From a virus, in the IMG/VR virus record IMGVR_UViG_3300046323_000234: a DNA stretch of 64,000 bases. One strand, given 5' to 3'. A model generated the notes under the pieces. That model saw only the letters and a list, made by a program, of their open reading frames with translations. It was not told the DNA's origin and ran no database searches. The position numbers and the translations under genes are program-made. Of the stretch, positions 29,368 through 39,393 are shown piece after piece. Each line of letters opens with the position of its first letter. Within the stretch, counting starts at the first letter, position 1.

Positions 29368-30128
29368 TTCAAATATTTTAATATTGCTTGTATTTCGTTT
29401 TGCATATCGCTTATTTTAAATAGTTGAAAATCCGAATTGTTTTGGTTTAGCCATATTACACACATATTCCCAATCTTAATACCAGTGTTCTTTTCAATAA
29501 TCCATTTATATAGATTTAACTGTAATGAATATTCCCAATAATTACAATCATCTAAATGATTCACTGGCAATAACATTTTTTGATACTGATTTACAGTTTT
29601 TATTTCTTTGTTTGTTTTCCAATCATATATATCCAAGCAATTCATTTTAACATTATAAAATAACTGATCAAGCATTCCTGATATTTTATATTCCAAATCA
29701 TATACAATAAATTCAGATTTGATTGGTATTAGTTTTCCAAAGGCTGCATTATAAAAAGATTCAAATTGTTTGATTGATACGTCATAAGAACCTTTTATTA
29801 TATCAGATCCAAATTCCTTTATAACTGTTTCTTGTGGATAATCGAATACTTTATTTGCGATATAGTCTTCAGCGTATTTATGAACAAGAGAACCCTTAAC
29901 TGTGGATATTTTATTTTCAAGCTTCCACATATCCAATACCTCTTGTTTGGTCTTTCCATATTCTTTTGCTTTATATTCACTCCAATAATCTTCATCAAAT
30001 GGATTGGTGAATTTATGCAATAATGTAGTTACAGATGTGAACTGCACATCATTAACATAGTACTTGTGAGGCACATCATAATACTTTACATTATTAAATG
30101 TGGAAAAGAGTTTTATAAAGTCAATCAT
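29364..30128 (-). CDS. PD-(D/E)XK (RecB-like) nuclease
   Basis: SVTTLL, GSLVH, SEFIVYD, SGMLDQL, IYDWKT, YSLQLNLY; no Cas4 Fe-S cysteine set evident. Confidence 0.85.
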   Translation of the reverse strand: MIDFIKLFSTFNNVKYYDVPHKYYVNDVQFTSVTTLLHKFTNPFDEDYWSEYKAKEYGKTKQEVLDMWKLENKISTVKGSLVHKYAEDYIANKVFDYPQETVIKEFGSDIIKGSYDVSIKQFESFYNAAFGKLIPIKSEFIVYDLEYKISGMLDQLFYNVKMNCLDIYDWKTNKEIKTVNQYQKMLLPVNHLDDCNYWEYSLQLNLYKWIIEKNTGIKIGNMCVIWLNQNNSDFQLFKISDMQNEIQAILKYLK

Positions 30129-30190
30129 TTATTGTTTAATATACTAAACAAATATAATATTATTTTTTCTAAATTAAAAATATATTTAAT

Positions 30191-30199
30191 ACTATTTAT
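30191..30199 (+). promoter_or_regulatory. Putative late promoter ACTATTTAT directly before tnpB
   Basis: Motif ends 5 nt before the ATG at 30205. Confidence 0.65.
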
Positions 30200-30204
30200 A
30201 TATA

Positions 30205-31572
30205 ATGATACTAACTGAGAAACATATTATAAACAAATCAAATCCATTATATAAAGAGATTGATAATATATGTTTTTTATCTAAAAATTTATATAACGCT
30301 GCTAATTATATTATAAGACAAGAATTTTTAAAAACACGTAAACTAAAAGAAGAGGGTGTTTTAGATAATGCGATATATTTGGGCTTTACATATATGAATA
30401 GGTTATTTACAGATGTGAAAAATATTGATTTTTATGCTCTACCAATTAAAGTATCAAACCATACTTTAATGGCTTTGGATTGGAACTGGCGTTCCTTCTT
30501 TGCGTCTATTAAAGATTGGAAAGGAAACCCAGAAAATCATAAAAATAAACCCAATATTCCAAAATATCTACCTAAAACAAAGGGTAGATTTGTTGCCGAA
30601 TATGAACTTGGTGCTATATCTGTTAAGGAATTGAGGTCTGGTTTTATTAAATTATCAGGTACAAATGTTAAAATACCATTTATTAATCATAATAAAGAAG
30701 GTGTTAAATTAAAATTATGTAGAATTATTCCTTCTGCAAACAATAAATACATAATAAATATTATATATGAAAAACAAGAAACAAATTTAAATTTAAATAA
30801 AAACAATATTATAGGTATTGATTTAGGTGTAAACAATTTAGCTACTTTAACATCAAATAAAGTGGGTTATATCCCACAAATTATTAACGGAAGACCGCTA
30901 AAATCATATAATCAATACTATAATAAACAACGCTCTATATTACAAGAACAATTAGCACAAAACAAACAAGGTAAAACATCTAATAAAATTAAACAATTAA
31001 CGCATAAACGTAATTGTAAAGTTGATAATTACATCCATAAAGCTAGTAAACATATTATCGATGATTGTATCAGAAATGATATAGGAACAATAGTAATTGG
31101 TAAAAATGATGGTTGGAAGAATAATATTAACATGTCTAAAGTTAATAATCAAAATTTTGTTGATATACCATTTAATGATTTAATTCATCAGTTACAATAT
31201 AAAGGTAAGATGATAGGTATTGATGTTATATTAACAGAAGAGTCTTATACATCTAGAGCTAGTTTTTTAGACTTAGATGAAATGCCTGTATATCAAAAAC
31301 CTAATTCAATTAATGAAATAACTGAGTTAATTGATATAGATAATGAATCCACTATTATAGATGTAATCGATACAAAAGGTAATAAAAAGAAATATATATT
31401 TAGTGGTTATAGAGAACATCGTGGCAGTTATAAATTAAAAGGTAGGAAGAAGCGTATTAATGCTGACGTTAACGGAAGTTATAATAGCATAAGAAAAGTA
31501 TTCCCAAATGCATTTGCTAATGGGACAGAGGGTATAGCAGTATATCCAGTAATGCGAAAATTACATAAGTAA
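30205..31572 (+). CDS. tnpB: TnpB-family RNA-guided endonuclease (IS200/IS605/IS607-derived), no TnpA
   Basis: SKNLYNAANY, RuvC-I IGIDLGVNNLA, IVIGKN, EESYTSRASFLD, RuvC-III INADVNGSYN. Confidence 0.92.
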   Translation: MILTEKHIINKSNPLYKEIDNICFLSKNLYNAANYIIRQEFLKTRKLKEEGVLDNAIYLGFTYMNRLFTDVKNIDFYALPIKVSNHTLMALDWNWRSFFASIKDWKGNPENHKNKPNIPKYLPKTKGRFVAEYELGAISVKELRSGFIKLSGTNVKIPFINHNKEGVKLKLCRIIPSANNKYIINIIYEKQETNLNLNKNNIIGIDLGVNNLATLTSNKVGYIPQIINGRPLKSYNQYYNKQRSILQEQLAQNKQGKTSNKIKQLTHKRNCKVDNYIHKASKHIIDDCIRNDIGTIVIGKNDGWKNNINMSKVNNQNFVDIPFNDLIHQLQYKGKMIGIDVILTEESYTSRASFLDLDEMPVYQKPNSINEITELIDIDNESTIIDVIDTKGNKKKYIFSGYREHRGSYKLKGRKKRINADVNGSYNSIRKVFPNAFANGTEGIAVYPVMRKLHK

Positions 31573-31586
31573 ATAAGGATTATAAA

Positions 31587-31646
31587 ATGATATTTGATAT
31601 TTCATACTGTAAGTGTGGTGGAAAAAAAAGACCAAGGATTAAGTGA
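31587..31646 (+). CDS. Possible 19-aa Cys/basic micro-ORF
   Basis: MIFDISYCKCGGKKRPRIK; GTGA overlap with the next gene. Confidence 0.35.
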   Translation: MIFDISYCKCGGKKRPRIK

Positions 31647-31945
31647 TTAATTCAATATTTATTTTAATTATATTATCAATATCCTCTTTTGGATTTATCA
31701 AGTTAATTGATTTTTCTTTTAATGAAGGAAATGTATTGGATTGGTATTATAAATTGATTTTAGGATTGGAGGATAAATATCCAAAACTATTTAAAGTGTT
31801 GGGCGGATGTTTGATTTGTTTCGGATTTTGGTTTTATAACTTTATTTACTTTTTTATTATATCCAATCTAATCCAATTATCCATTTTTTATTATATAATA
31901 TATATAGGATTATCGATATTATTAACTATTGATGAATTTAGTTAA
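31643..31945 (+). CDS. Small membrane protein with CxxC (DUF1360-like)
   Basis: Three hydrophobic segments, GGCLICFGFW. Confidence 0.65.
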   Translation: MINSIFILIILSISSFGFIKLIDFSFNEGNVLDWYYKLILGLEDKYPKLFKVLGGCLICFGFWFYNFIYFFIISNLIQLSIFYYIIYIGLSILLTIDEFS

Positions 31946-32825
31946 TTCTAATATTATTAGATAGAATACTATTAATATCGAATTCTTTTAGTTTTGTAAT
32001 AAAATTACTATCATCAGCATTTTTGCCAGCATAACCATGAACATGTGTTAATACAGCATTTTTTAATAATGTAAAGAATTCAACAACTTTATCACCTTTT
32101 GTTAATGGATGTGTTTTTTCAACAAGTTTAAGAAAATCATCATCAGATTCAAGTATTGATTTAACTCTATTAACACCTTTATGTGATAGTAGATATACAT
32201 TATCACCATATAATGTTGAATATGTATCTTGGCCATTATCAGACATCCTTAATTTGAGGTATGCTGGATTTTTTGTATTAAGTGATAGATTGTTATCAAT
32301 ATCGTGTTTGCCAGCCCTCAACGTCAAATCTCTAGGCTTTAAGACCATATCAGTGTTATCTCTCCCCAATATTGCAATAATATTTGGATCTGTTGGATAT
32401 AAACCTTTGGCGGATGGTATTTTCTTTACACCTTCTTTCGGATTACTTATTCTATTATCTGTTAATGATAATGCACTAAAATAATATGGGTCATTTGATA
32501 ATGTTTGAAATTGTGAAATTATTGATCCCATCCAATATCTATTATTATAAGGTTTATTTGGATTTGGAATAAATACATTTACAGATTCACCAATTTTTGG
32601 TAAAATATAGAAGAATTTTGGAAGCATCGGAAATACATATGGTAAATCAGCATTCTCAATCTTATTATCAATATTTGGAATTCTAACCCTAATTCGCATC
32701 CCATCAAATTCATCAGTTATATCAACAACAACACCTTGTGAAAAAATATCAACTTTTTCAATTTTTGATTCGTTCTTACTAAATACATTAGTGCTTTGCT
32801 GTAAATATTTTTTATCGTGCGACAT
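31938..32825 (-). CDS. Baseplate spike/hub protein with gp5/Vgr OB-fold N-terminus
   Basis: GVVVDITDEFDGMRIRVRIP, LPKIGESVNVF, RYWMGS, GRDNTD, THVH. Confidence 0.8.
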   Translation of the reverse strand: MSHDKKYLQQSTNVFSKNESKIEKVDIFSQGVVVDITDEFDGMRIRVRIPNIDNKIENADLPYVFPMLPKFFYILPKIGESVNVFIPNPNKPYNNRYWMGSIISQFQTLSNDPYYFSALSLTDNRISNPKEGVKKIPSAKGLYPTDPNIIAILGRDNTDMVLKPRDLTLRAGKHDIDNNLSLNTKNPAYLKLRMSDNGQDTYSTLYGDNVYLLSHKGVNRVKSILESDDDFLKLVEKTHPLTKGDKVVEFFTLLKNAVLTHVHGYAGKNADDSNFITKLKEFDINSILSNNIRIN

Positions 32826-33044
32826 TTATGATTTTCTCCAAAGGAATATTTCCATTATTAATTTATACTCTGTTTCAATTTCTTCCATTTCATCAACTTT
32901 TTTAATCAAAAGTTCCTTTATCTTCTCATGTCTATCTTGTAAATCTTTTGACATTTTAAGTAATTGAACATTGGTTTTGGATTTATATCTATTTCCAGAT
33001 ATATCCACAACAGTTCTTTCGTTTTCTTGTATTAAATTTTCCAT
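32826..33044 (-). CDS. Small coiled-coil hypothetical protein
   Basis: ORF in operon context, heptad-like composition. Confidence 0.6.
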   Translation of the reverse strand: MENLIQENERTVVDISGNRYKSKTNVQLLKMSKDLQDRHEKIKELLIKKVDEMEEIETEYKLIMEIFLWRKS

Positions 33045-33055
33045 ATTAATAAGTA

Positions 33056-33454
33056 TTATTGCGCCACTGCATATCCAATAGTTATAATAGTTGATGCGCC
33101 AACAGTTGTAACAGGCCCTGCTGGTGATGCGCCAGCAGATACAACAGTAATCCCAGGGGGTAACGCAACTGTTATAATCATATCGGATTGGATTGCTTTT
33201 ATAATTTCTTCTATTCTAATTCTTTCCATTAATTCATCTGGACTAACTTCACCAGATGGTAAATCACCAACTGATAATCCAGCTTCAGCTTTTCTTCTTA
33301 TAACACTTGATGCTATTTTTTGTGCAGATAATCCTGGTCTTGAGGGAACACCAAACAAAATTAATGAAGGTGGAACTGGTGGAGTTACACCACCTTGAAT
33401 TTTAAATAACTTTAAAAAACCTGATGTTATATCTTTTATCGAAGTAAATGCCAT
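33056..33454 (-). CDS. Hypothetical virion protein
   Basis: RPGLSAQKIA, LPPGITVVSAGASPAGPV; near the spike gene. Confidence 0.6.
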   Translation of the reverse strand: MAFTSIKDITSGFLKLFKIQGGVTPPVPPSLILFGVPSRPGLSAQKIASSVIRRKAEAGLSVGDLPSGEVSPDELMERIRIEEIIKAIQSDMIITVALPPGITVVSAGASPAGPVTTVGASTIITIGYAVAQ

Positions 33455-33456
33455 TG

Positions 33457-33723
33457 TTATTGTTTCTTATAAATAGAATCTGGTGGAAAATTAACTCTGG
33501 CAAATATATTATTATCAAATGAGTTAATTGAATGAATATTAAATATATCACTGTCAGGATATAATATTGATATCTCGCTGTACATCATATTATCCATAAA
33601 TATTTTTGTTAAAATTTTTGATACTTCCGAACAACATACCACACCACCATATTTAAATCTAATATTGTTTGGATTTGCATATTTTAAATTATAAAAATAA
33701 TTGGTTCTAAATCTCCTACCCAT
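33457..33723 (-). CDS. CxY-module family protein (internal, divergent module)
   Basis: CCSEVSKILTKIFMDNMMYSEI. Confidence 0.5.
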   Translation of the reverse strand: MGRRFRTNYFYNLKYANPNNIRFKYGGVVCCSEVSKILTKIFMDNMMYSEISILYPDSDIFNIHSINSFDNNIFARVNFPPDSIYKKQ

Positions 33724-33728
33724 ATGAA

Positions 33729-35009
33729 TTATACCAATCCTCTTAAAACGTTTAAATAATTATTGATTTTTTCTCTAATCAATAAAATAATTGCTGGTTT
33801 GATTATTTTCATTAATTCTGTTTTAACGATATTAAATATAAATTCGCCAAACATTTCTTTAACGGTTTCTGAAAAACATTTAATTAGTTTTTTATTTCTA
33901 GCAATTTGTTGTTCTGGTGTTTGTGATGTATCAACAGTTCCATTATTATTTAATGCTTCAACCAAGAATAATAAAAATAACATTTGTGGGGATAATGATA
34001 CACATTTCAATAAGAAATTTTCAATAGCTTTTAATAATCTCTTAAAGAAATTATCTTTAGCAACATTCTTATTATCCAATGTTGAATCTTCATTAACAAA
34101 GCTTGTATCAAATAATGAATTAAATTTTAATGATATTTGTTGTGTATTTCCACTAATGCTTGCTGCTATTTCAGATAGATTGGATACTGTAATACTATTC
34201 TCCATTAATCCACAACCCAAATCTATATAGTTCTTTCCAGATTTAATATCTTGCAACTTTTGATTAATATTATTAATATCATCTGCCGATAATGTTAAAT
34301 CCTCATCTTTGGACATTTTATCCAATAACATATTCAATCGTTGCTCATTTTCGATTTGTTTTAGAGATTTGTTTTGAGTTTTTGTTTTAATATTAAAAAC
34401 CTCATTCAACATCTCTGTTGTAAACTCTTTTTTATTAATGATTTTTAGATTGGATATAAAGCTTGTAATGAACTCACCATTGGTCTGTGAAGTATTGATA
34501 GGGGTATAAATAAAGCTGTCTGTTGCATCATTATACTTTATATAAAGGTTTCCATAGGTCACATCTGAATTAGGGGCTGAAATCGCATTATATGAGGCCA
34601 AATCAAAACTTCCTGATACATAAATTGTTTCACCCAATGCACTATTTGGATTTGTTTTAAATTTTCCGTTTGGATCAACATTCTTTGCTGGAATTGTAAA
34701 TCCATTTGAGAAATATGATGGGATAACTTGGTCTGAATTTACAACAACACTTTGTGATTGTACAGATGTTTTAATATCTGGTTCAATAGTATCTGCAAAT
34801 TCAGTAAAAAACTTCCCAAGTACAAAATCAAGCGAACCACTTCCAATTAATGTTGTTAATAAATCCAACATAAACGGAATTGGTTCGTTTTTATTATTTA
34901 ATGATGGTAGTGAATTAGATGTCTTTTTTATTTTTGAACCAAATTCAGATATGGAAGAAAAAACAGATATTTCATTCACTACATCTAGTTTATCCTTTAT
35001 AATTCCCAT
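33729..35009 (-). CDS. Hypothetical protein (probably late/virion)
   Basis: 426-aa ORF in the late-motif-led minus operon. Confidence 0.6.
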   Translation of the reverse strand: MGIIKDKLDVVNEISVFSSISEFGSKIKKTSNSLPSLNNKNEPIPFMLDLLTTLIGSGSLDFVLGKFFTEFADTIEPDIKTSVQSQSVVVNSDQVIPSYFSNGFTIPAKNVDPNGKFKTNPNSALGETIYVSGSFDLASYNAISAPNSDVTYGNLYIKYNDATDSFIYTPINTSQTNGEFITSFISNLKIINKKEFTTEMLNEVFNIKTKTQNKSLKQIENEQRLNMLLDKMSKDEDLTLSADDINNINQKLQDIKSGKNYIDLGCGLMENSITVSNLSEIAASISGNTQQISLKFNSLFDTSFVNEDSTLDNKNVAKDNFFKRLLKAIENFLLKCVSLSPQMLFLLFLVEALNNNGTVDTSQTPEQQIARNKKLIKCFSETVKEMFGEFIFNIVKTELMKIIKPAIILLIREKINNYLNVLRGLV

Positions 35010-35018
35010 ATTTTATTC

Positions 35019-35396
35019 TTAGTCCAATCCTTTTAATTTACTATCTTTTATTGTTTGTTTTAGTTCTTCAGCAAATGAATACAAATCCGTGTTTTCACCA
35101 TCTGAATCTTTTTTCTCGGCTTTGCCAATCAATTTAATGTCGTTATATATAATATCTTTCATTATTTTAACAACCTCAACCTTTTTACCTAAAATCTTTT
35201 CTCTTTTATCAATCAAATCTATAATCTGTTTACCAATCATTGCAATATCACCAATTTCACTCGCCTTTGGTTTCCATTTATTTAACAATAAAATAGTATC
35301 AGTACGAATGTTGTGAGTTTCGTTATAACATTCTTGCAAAATCTCCAACATGGATTCTTTTGTAAAATCTAATTTTTTCTTTGTTATGCGTGACAT
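35019..35396 (-). CDS. Hypothetical helical protein
   Basis: ACTATTTAT upstream on the minus strand (35414-35422). Confidence 0.6.
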   Translation of the reverse strand: MSRITKKKLDFTKESMLEILQECYNETHNIRTDTILLLNKWKPKASEIGDIAMIGKQIIDLIDKREKILGKKVEVVKIMKDIIYNDIKLIGKAEKKDSDGENTDLYSFAEELKQTIKDSKLKGLD

Positions 35397-35441
35397 AGCT
35401 ATTTAGTTTATATATAAATAGTTATGATTTTAATATTTGCA

Positions 35442-35657
35442 TTATATTCGAATTTGTCTAAAAATATTTTTTATTCTTAAATTATAAAATAATCTAACGA
35501 GATATCCATCATCATACTTACTAATGTAACTAATTTTATTTATTTCATCATGCAATAAATGATTTTGAAACAAATCCAATAATATCTCTTCAACATATTT
35601 GCAGAAAACAATTTTTGGATTTGTTTCTATTTTGTAATTATTCTTCATCCCTTTCAA
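35442..35657 (-). CDS. CxY-module family small protein
   Basis: FCKYVEEILLDLFQNHLLHDEI. Confidence 0.7.
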   Translation of the reverse strand: MKGMKNNYKIETNPKIVFCKYVEEILLDLFQNHLLHDEINKISYISKYDDGYLVRLFYNLRIKNIFRQIRI

Positions 35658-36333
35658 AAATAAAATTTGTTTTTGTTAAATCAACATCATTTGGTATTAT
35701 ATCCTTTAATTCTTTGTATTTATTTTTTATGTTGGACATTGTTTTTATTCTATGTGCTTCTTCAATTTGCCACATTATTGTTTCAAAGGTTGAGCCAAAT
35801 ACACAAATTAATTCATTCGATAATAAATTTTTATTAATTATAACAAGAATATCTTCAACATATTTACAAGCTAAATGATGATTATTATAACATTTATTAA
35901 CATCATATTCTAATTCTATTTTATTAGATGGTGTATTTAATTTATAAGAATGTGTGATATAATAGTGGTGATTTTTTACAATATTAATACTACTATTATT
36001 ATGATAATTAGGTCGAATTTTTGATAATAACTTTCTTCTATTATAATCCAACCACATATTTTTCCAATCCAATGAATCATGTAACATATTGAATTCATCA
36101 TGTAATAAATCTTTTTTTATTAAAAACATAATATCTTCAATATATAAACATGTTGAATTATATTGGATTGGTAATTTTTCATATCTCCACGTTTCTTTAC
36201 TACTTAGATTTAGAAGAAATTCATTTCTCTTAGCAGCATATGCTATATTATGATAATCATATTCTTCTGGTAATAAATGAATGTTTATATGATTTACAAT
36301 ATCTTCAATATATTTACAAACTAAATTATTCAT
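35638..36333 (-). CDS. CxY-module protein with three module copies
   Basis: VCKYIEDIVNHINIHLLPEEY, TCLYIEDIMFLIKKDLLHDEF, ACKYVEDILVIINKNLLSNEL. Confidence 0.8.
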   Translation of the reverse strand: MNNLVCKYIEDIVNHINIHLLPEEYDYHNIAYAAKRNEFLLNLSSKETWRYEKLPIQYNSTCLYIEDIMFLIKKDLLHDEFNMLHDSLDWKNMWLDYNRRKLLSKIRPNYHNNSSINIVKNHHYYITHSYKLNTPSNKIELEYDVNKCYNNHHLACKYVEDILVIINKNLLSNELICVFGSTFETIMWQIEEAHRIKTMSNIKNKYKELKDIIPNDVDLTKTNFIFERDEE

Positions 36334-37210
36334 TATCCATATTTATCATTTTTTTAGTAAGATAATAAATTGATTTATAATTTTTAATTGAATCACGAAT
36401 ATCTTTTGTTGTTAATCTTGTTTGTTCTTTTAAGAGCAACAACATTTTATTCTTTCTAAAGTTGGATGTAGATTGTTTACCATCATTATCTTCTGTAATT
36501 TCTTCATTGAATAATGTTTTCCAGTTAAATAAAATACTTATAATAGCTTCACCGACAATAATTTCATTTTTCTTTAGAAGGGTATTGGTTTTAATTTCCA
36601 ATCTAATCTGATCAACTACTGAATTAAAGAATTTATTTTCATCTTCTTCTTGTTGATCTGATGTATCCATTTCATAAGCATAATCATATCTAGTTTCAAC
36701 TTCATCAATAAACACTTCAAAATCAAGATTTTCAATTACTTCTTTTCTTGCATCTTTTGATCTATGTCTAAAATAATTTCTAACAATAGTTCCATAGTAA
36801 GAATAGGCACTGGCTATACAGGTTCTATATTCAAATTCAATCGAACCTTGGATTTCGTTTAATTTCTTTAATTGTTCAAGTTCAGTTTTATACTTAAAAT
36901 GTTTATGCTTTTCCCAATCATCTTCTGAATTTATTCTTCTATATTCAATCAGAAATTTATTATACTTATGCATATTTTCAATTAAAAAGGATAATCCATC
37001 CATTTCAAGTTCCACAATATCATGATTGCCAATATAATTTCTATATCGCTTCAAAATAGATGGAATCATCTTTTTAAATGCTTTTTTAAGTATTAGATTA
37101 TATATTTGATTTTTCGTTTCCGAATCACCCAATAAATAATCCATTACTGCTTGTTCTTCTCTTTCTCCAAAATACGGTTCTTTTAGTTTGACACCTTTCT
37201 TCCTACCCAT
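36326..37210 (-). CDS. Putative late-transcription sigma factor (T4 gp55-like)
   Basis: YFGEREEQAV, SFLIENMHKY, SAYSYYGTIVRNY resembles the gp55 region-2 motif. Confidence 0.65.
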   Translation of the reverse strand: MGRKKGVKLKEPYFGEREEQAVMDYLLGDSETKNQIYNLILKKAFKKMIPSILKRYRNYIGNHDIVELEMDGLSFLIENMHKYNKFLIEYRRINSEDDWEKHKHFKYKTELEQLKKLNEIQGSIEFEYRTCIASAYSYYGTIVRNYFRHRSKDARKEVIENLDFEVFIDEVETRYDYAYEMDTSDQQEEDENKFFNSVVDQIRLEIKTNTLLKKNEIIVGEAIISILFNWKTLFNEEITEDNDGKQSTSNFRKNKMLLLLKEQTRLTTKDIRDSIKNYKSIYYLTKKMINMDNE

Positions 37211-37255
37211 TTAAATTTTAGTACATCTATATTATATTATTTTAGGTTGAAGAAA

Positions 37256-38074
37256 TTATTGTTCGATTAGAAAAAATTCTTTAGTTTCACGTTCTGTTTT
37301 GAAATAATACTCTCTTTTGGCAATTTCAAACCAATGATGAATTTCTTTTTGAATTAATGTCATTTGATATTGATGAAACAATGAATCAACTCTATTTGTT
37401 GTATGTAGATATAACAATTTTGACATTACCATAATATCCATATTGTTAAAGGCATATCTTAATAGTAGTTCATAATTAAAAGTTAATTTAATATTGGTTT
37501 TATATTTACCAACCTCAATAAAATCTTTTGTTTTAAATGCTCCACCAGTAACCAAGAAATATGTGTATTCTGTTAATGTCTGAAGTGATAATACACCAAG
37601 TTCACCAATCTGAATAATGCTTTTAGACCATGCACCATCATTTGAGTATCTAATAAATTCGTTTTTATCAGTCACTTCAACAGTCAATGGCAAGAATACC
37701 GATGCATCTGGATATGCTTTAATATATTCATGTAAATTCTTTGTATAGGCATCAGAAAGTTGATCATCAAACTCCAATATTGTAAAATATTCAGTTTTAA
37801 TATTATCAACAGCATAATTTACTTGTGAACAATAATCATTTTTTTGTTCATTTTCCAATAGCTCGATTTTAATTCCAAAATCAGATGCTTGAATATATTC
37901 AGTTAATTCATTTTTAATATCTGAATGATAAACCAACAATAGTGTTGGAATTTGTTTTTTATCTCGTTGATTTGTTACCGATGTTATTGCTTTAACCAAA
38001 TAACCTTTTATTTCTTCAGAAAATTTATGGATTGGTATAATAACTGTTAATGTCTTTTTCATATTATTGTTCAA
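37256..38074 (-). CDS. GT2-family glycosyltransferase
   Basis: LTVIIPIH, VNYAV, EYFTILEFDD, GGAFK, YELLLR. Confidence 0.8.
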   Translation of the reverse strand: MNNNMKKTLTVIIPIHKFSEEIKGYLVKAITSVTNQRDKKQIPTLLLVYHSDIKNELTEYIQASDFGIKIELLENEQKNDYCSQVNYAVDNIKTEYFTILEFDDQLSDAYTKNLHEYIKAYPDASVFLPLTVEVTDKNEFIRYSNDGAWSKSIIQIGELGVLSLQTLTEYTYFLVTGGAFKTKDFIEVGKYKTNIKLTFNYELLLRYAFNNMDIMVMSKLLYLHTTNRVDSLFHQYQMTLIQKEIHHWFEIAKREYYFKTERETKEFFLIEQ

Positions 38075-39116
38075 TTAGATTGCTAGATAATGCGTTTTCA
38101 AATAATTTTATTCTATCTTGGATATATTTACCATAGATTTCTTTTAATTGCTTTTTAGATTCTTCAACTGTATATTTTGACACAGTTTCATCCATAGCTG
38201 TTTTAAGCACGTCTAGTGCTGGCAAATCTTGCAAGTGTGTATTAACTGCTTGTGCAAGAACATCTGGCAAATTATATAAATCATATGTCCAAAGGGCATT
38301 TGTTTCAGTTAGATAATCTGGTTGAATATCTGGAACTAATCCAACGACAATATTTCCAGATTTCATTGCTTCAATTGCAAATGTTCCAAAAGATGCGATT
38401 CTATCAATCCAAAGAGATGCAAATGATTCACCAAGTTTTTGTGCGAATTGTTCTCTTGGCAATCCAGACAAATCTTCAAATGAAATAAATCTATATTGTG
38501 GATATTTGTAATAAAACATTTTAACTACTTTTGTTAGATCATTACCATTTCTGGTTAAGAATGAAATAGTTAGTTTCTTTGGTTTATTTGATGATTTAAA
38601 ATAATCAGGAATACCAATAGAATATTTTTGAATTTCAGTACCCATACCGAATGATTCAGCAGCAATTGATTTTAATTTATCACTTGTTGTTAGAACTTTG
38701 GTTAGTCCCAAATCTTTCCAATGCATGGCTGGAACTAGTGCGTTTAGTGCATAATCATGTGAGAATGATAATACAATTTTTTCACAAGATATTTGCTTAA
38801 CTTGTTCCATAATATTTGTATAAATATCTGGAATCAATAGAAAATCTTCTGGTCTGATTGTTAATTTATGACTATCCGCAAAAATATGTGGAATATCTGT
38901 CAATGTGGCCTCAAACCAAGTTGGTTTTTCACATTGCATATTTTCCAACATCATTTGTACATCATATCCATCTTCTTTCAAGACATTCGCTTGAAAATAC
39001 ATTTCATATACAATTGCTGATGGCACTTGTATATTTGGTAAGAAGAATATAAATTTTGATTTTTTATTTACGAGATTATCGTATGTTTCCTTGATTTTTA
39101 AGAATTTATCTTCCAT
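38064..39116 (-). CDS. GT-B fold (GT4-like) glycosyltransferase
   Basis: FLLIPD, SFGTFAIEAMKSGNIVVG. Confidence 0.75.
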   Translation of the reverse strand: MEDKFLKIKETYDNLVNKKSKFIFFLPNIQVPSAIVYEMYFQANVLKEDGYDVQMMLENMQCEKPTWFEATLTDIPHIFADSHKLTIRPEDFLLIPDIYTNIMEQVKQISCEKIVLSFSHDYALNALVPAMHWKDLGLTKVLTTSDKLKSIAAESFGMGTEIQKYSIGIPDYFKSSNKPKKLTISFLTRNGNDLTKVVKMFYYKYPQYRFISFEDLSGLPREQFAQKLGESFASLWIDRIASFGTFAIEAMKSGNIVVGLVPDIQPDYLTETNALWTYDLYNLPDVLAQAVNTHLQDLPALDVLKTAMDETVSKYTVEESKKQLKEIYGKYIQDRIKLFENALSSNLIEQ

Positions 39117-39117
39117 T

Positions 39118-39393
39118 TTATTTGTTTATGTTTTTTAATTCGTTTGTATAATTATTTAATATTTCAGTTGTTTTATCTAAAATTGTTTTAACTGATATAT
39201 ATTCCTGTTCTGTAACTAATTTTGGATTTAAACATTCTATTCTAGAATTTTCACCCCTTATTGGAATAATATATTGAATAATATTATCGTCAGGGATTAA
39301 AACACTATCATTTACTCTACTAAGATATGTTTGACAATCTTCTGGTGAGATATTACCAATATCCACATAGAAAACTAATATGATTCTATCCAT
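39118..39393 (-). CDS. Hypothetical protein
   Basis: ILVFYVDIGN...SRIECLNPKL; operon context. Confidence 0.6.
   Translation of the reverse strand: MDRIILVFYVDIGNISPEDCQTYLSRVNDSVLIPDDNIIQYIIPIRGENSRIECLNPKLVTEQEYISVKTILDKTTEILNNYTNELKNINK

Noticed and set aside
29364-31572. Nuclease plus TnpB as a Cas4/Cas12 CRISPR locus
   Set aside because: No adjacent array or cas1/cas2, the nuclease lacks the Cas4 cysteine set, and the RuvC protein has ordinary TnpB size and motifs; the mini-array is 10 kb away with no visible link
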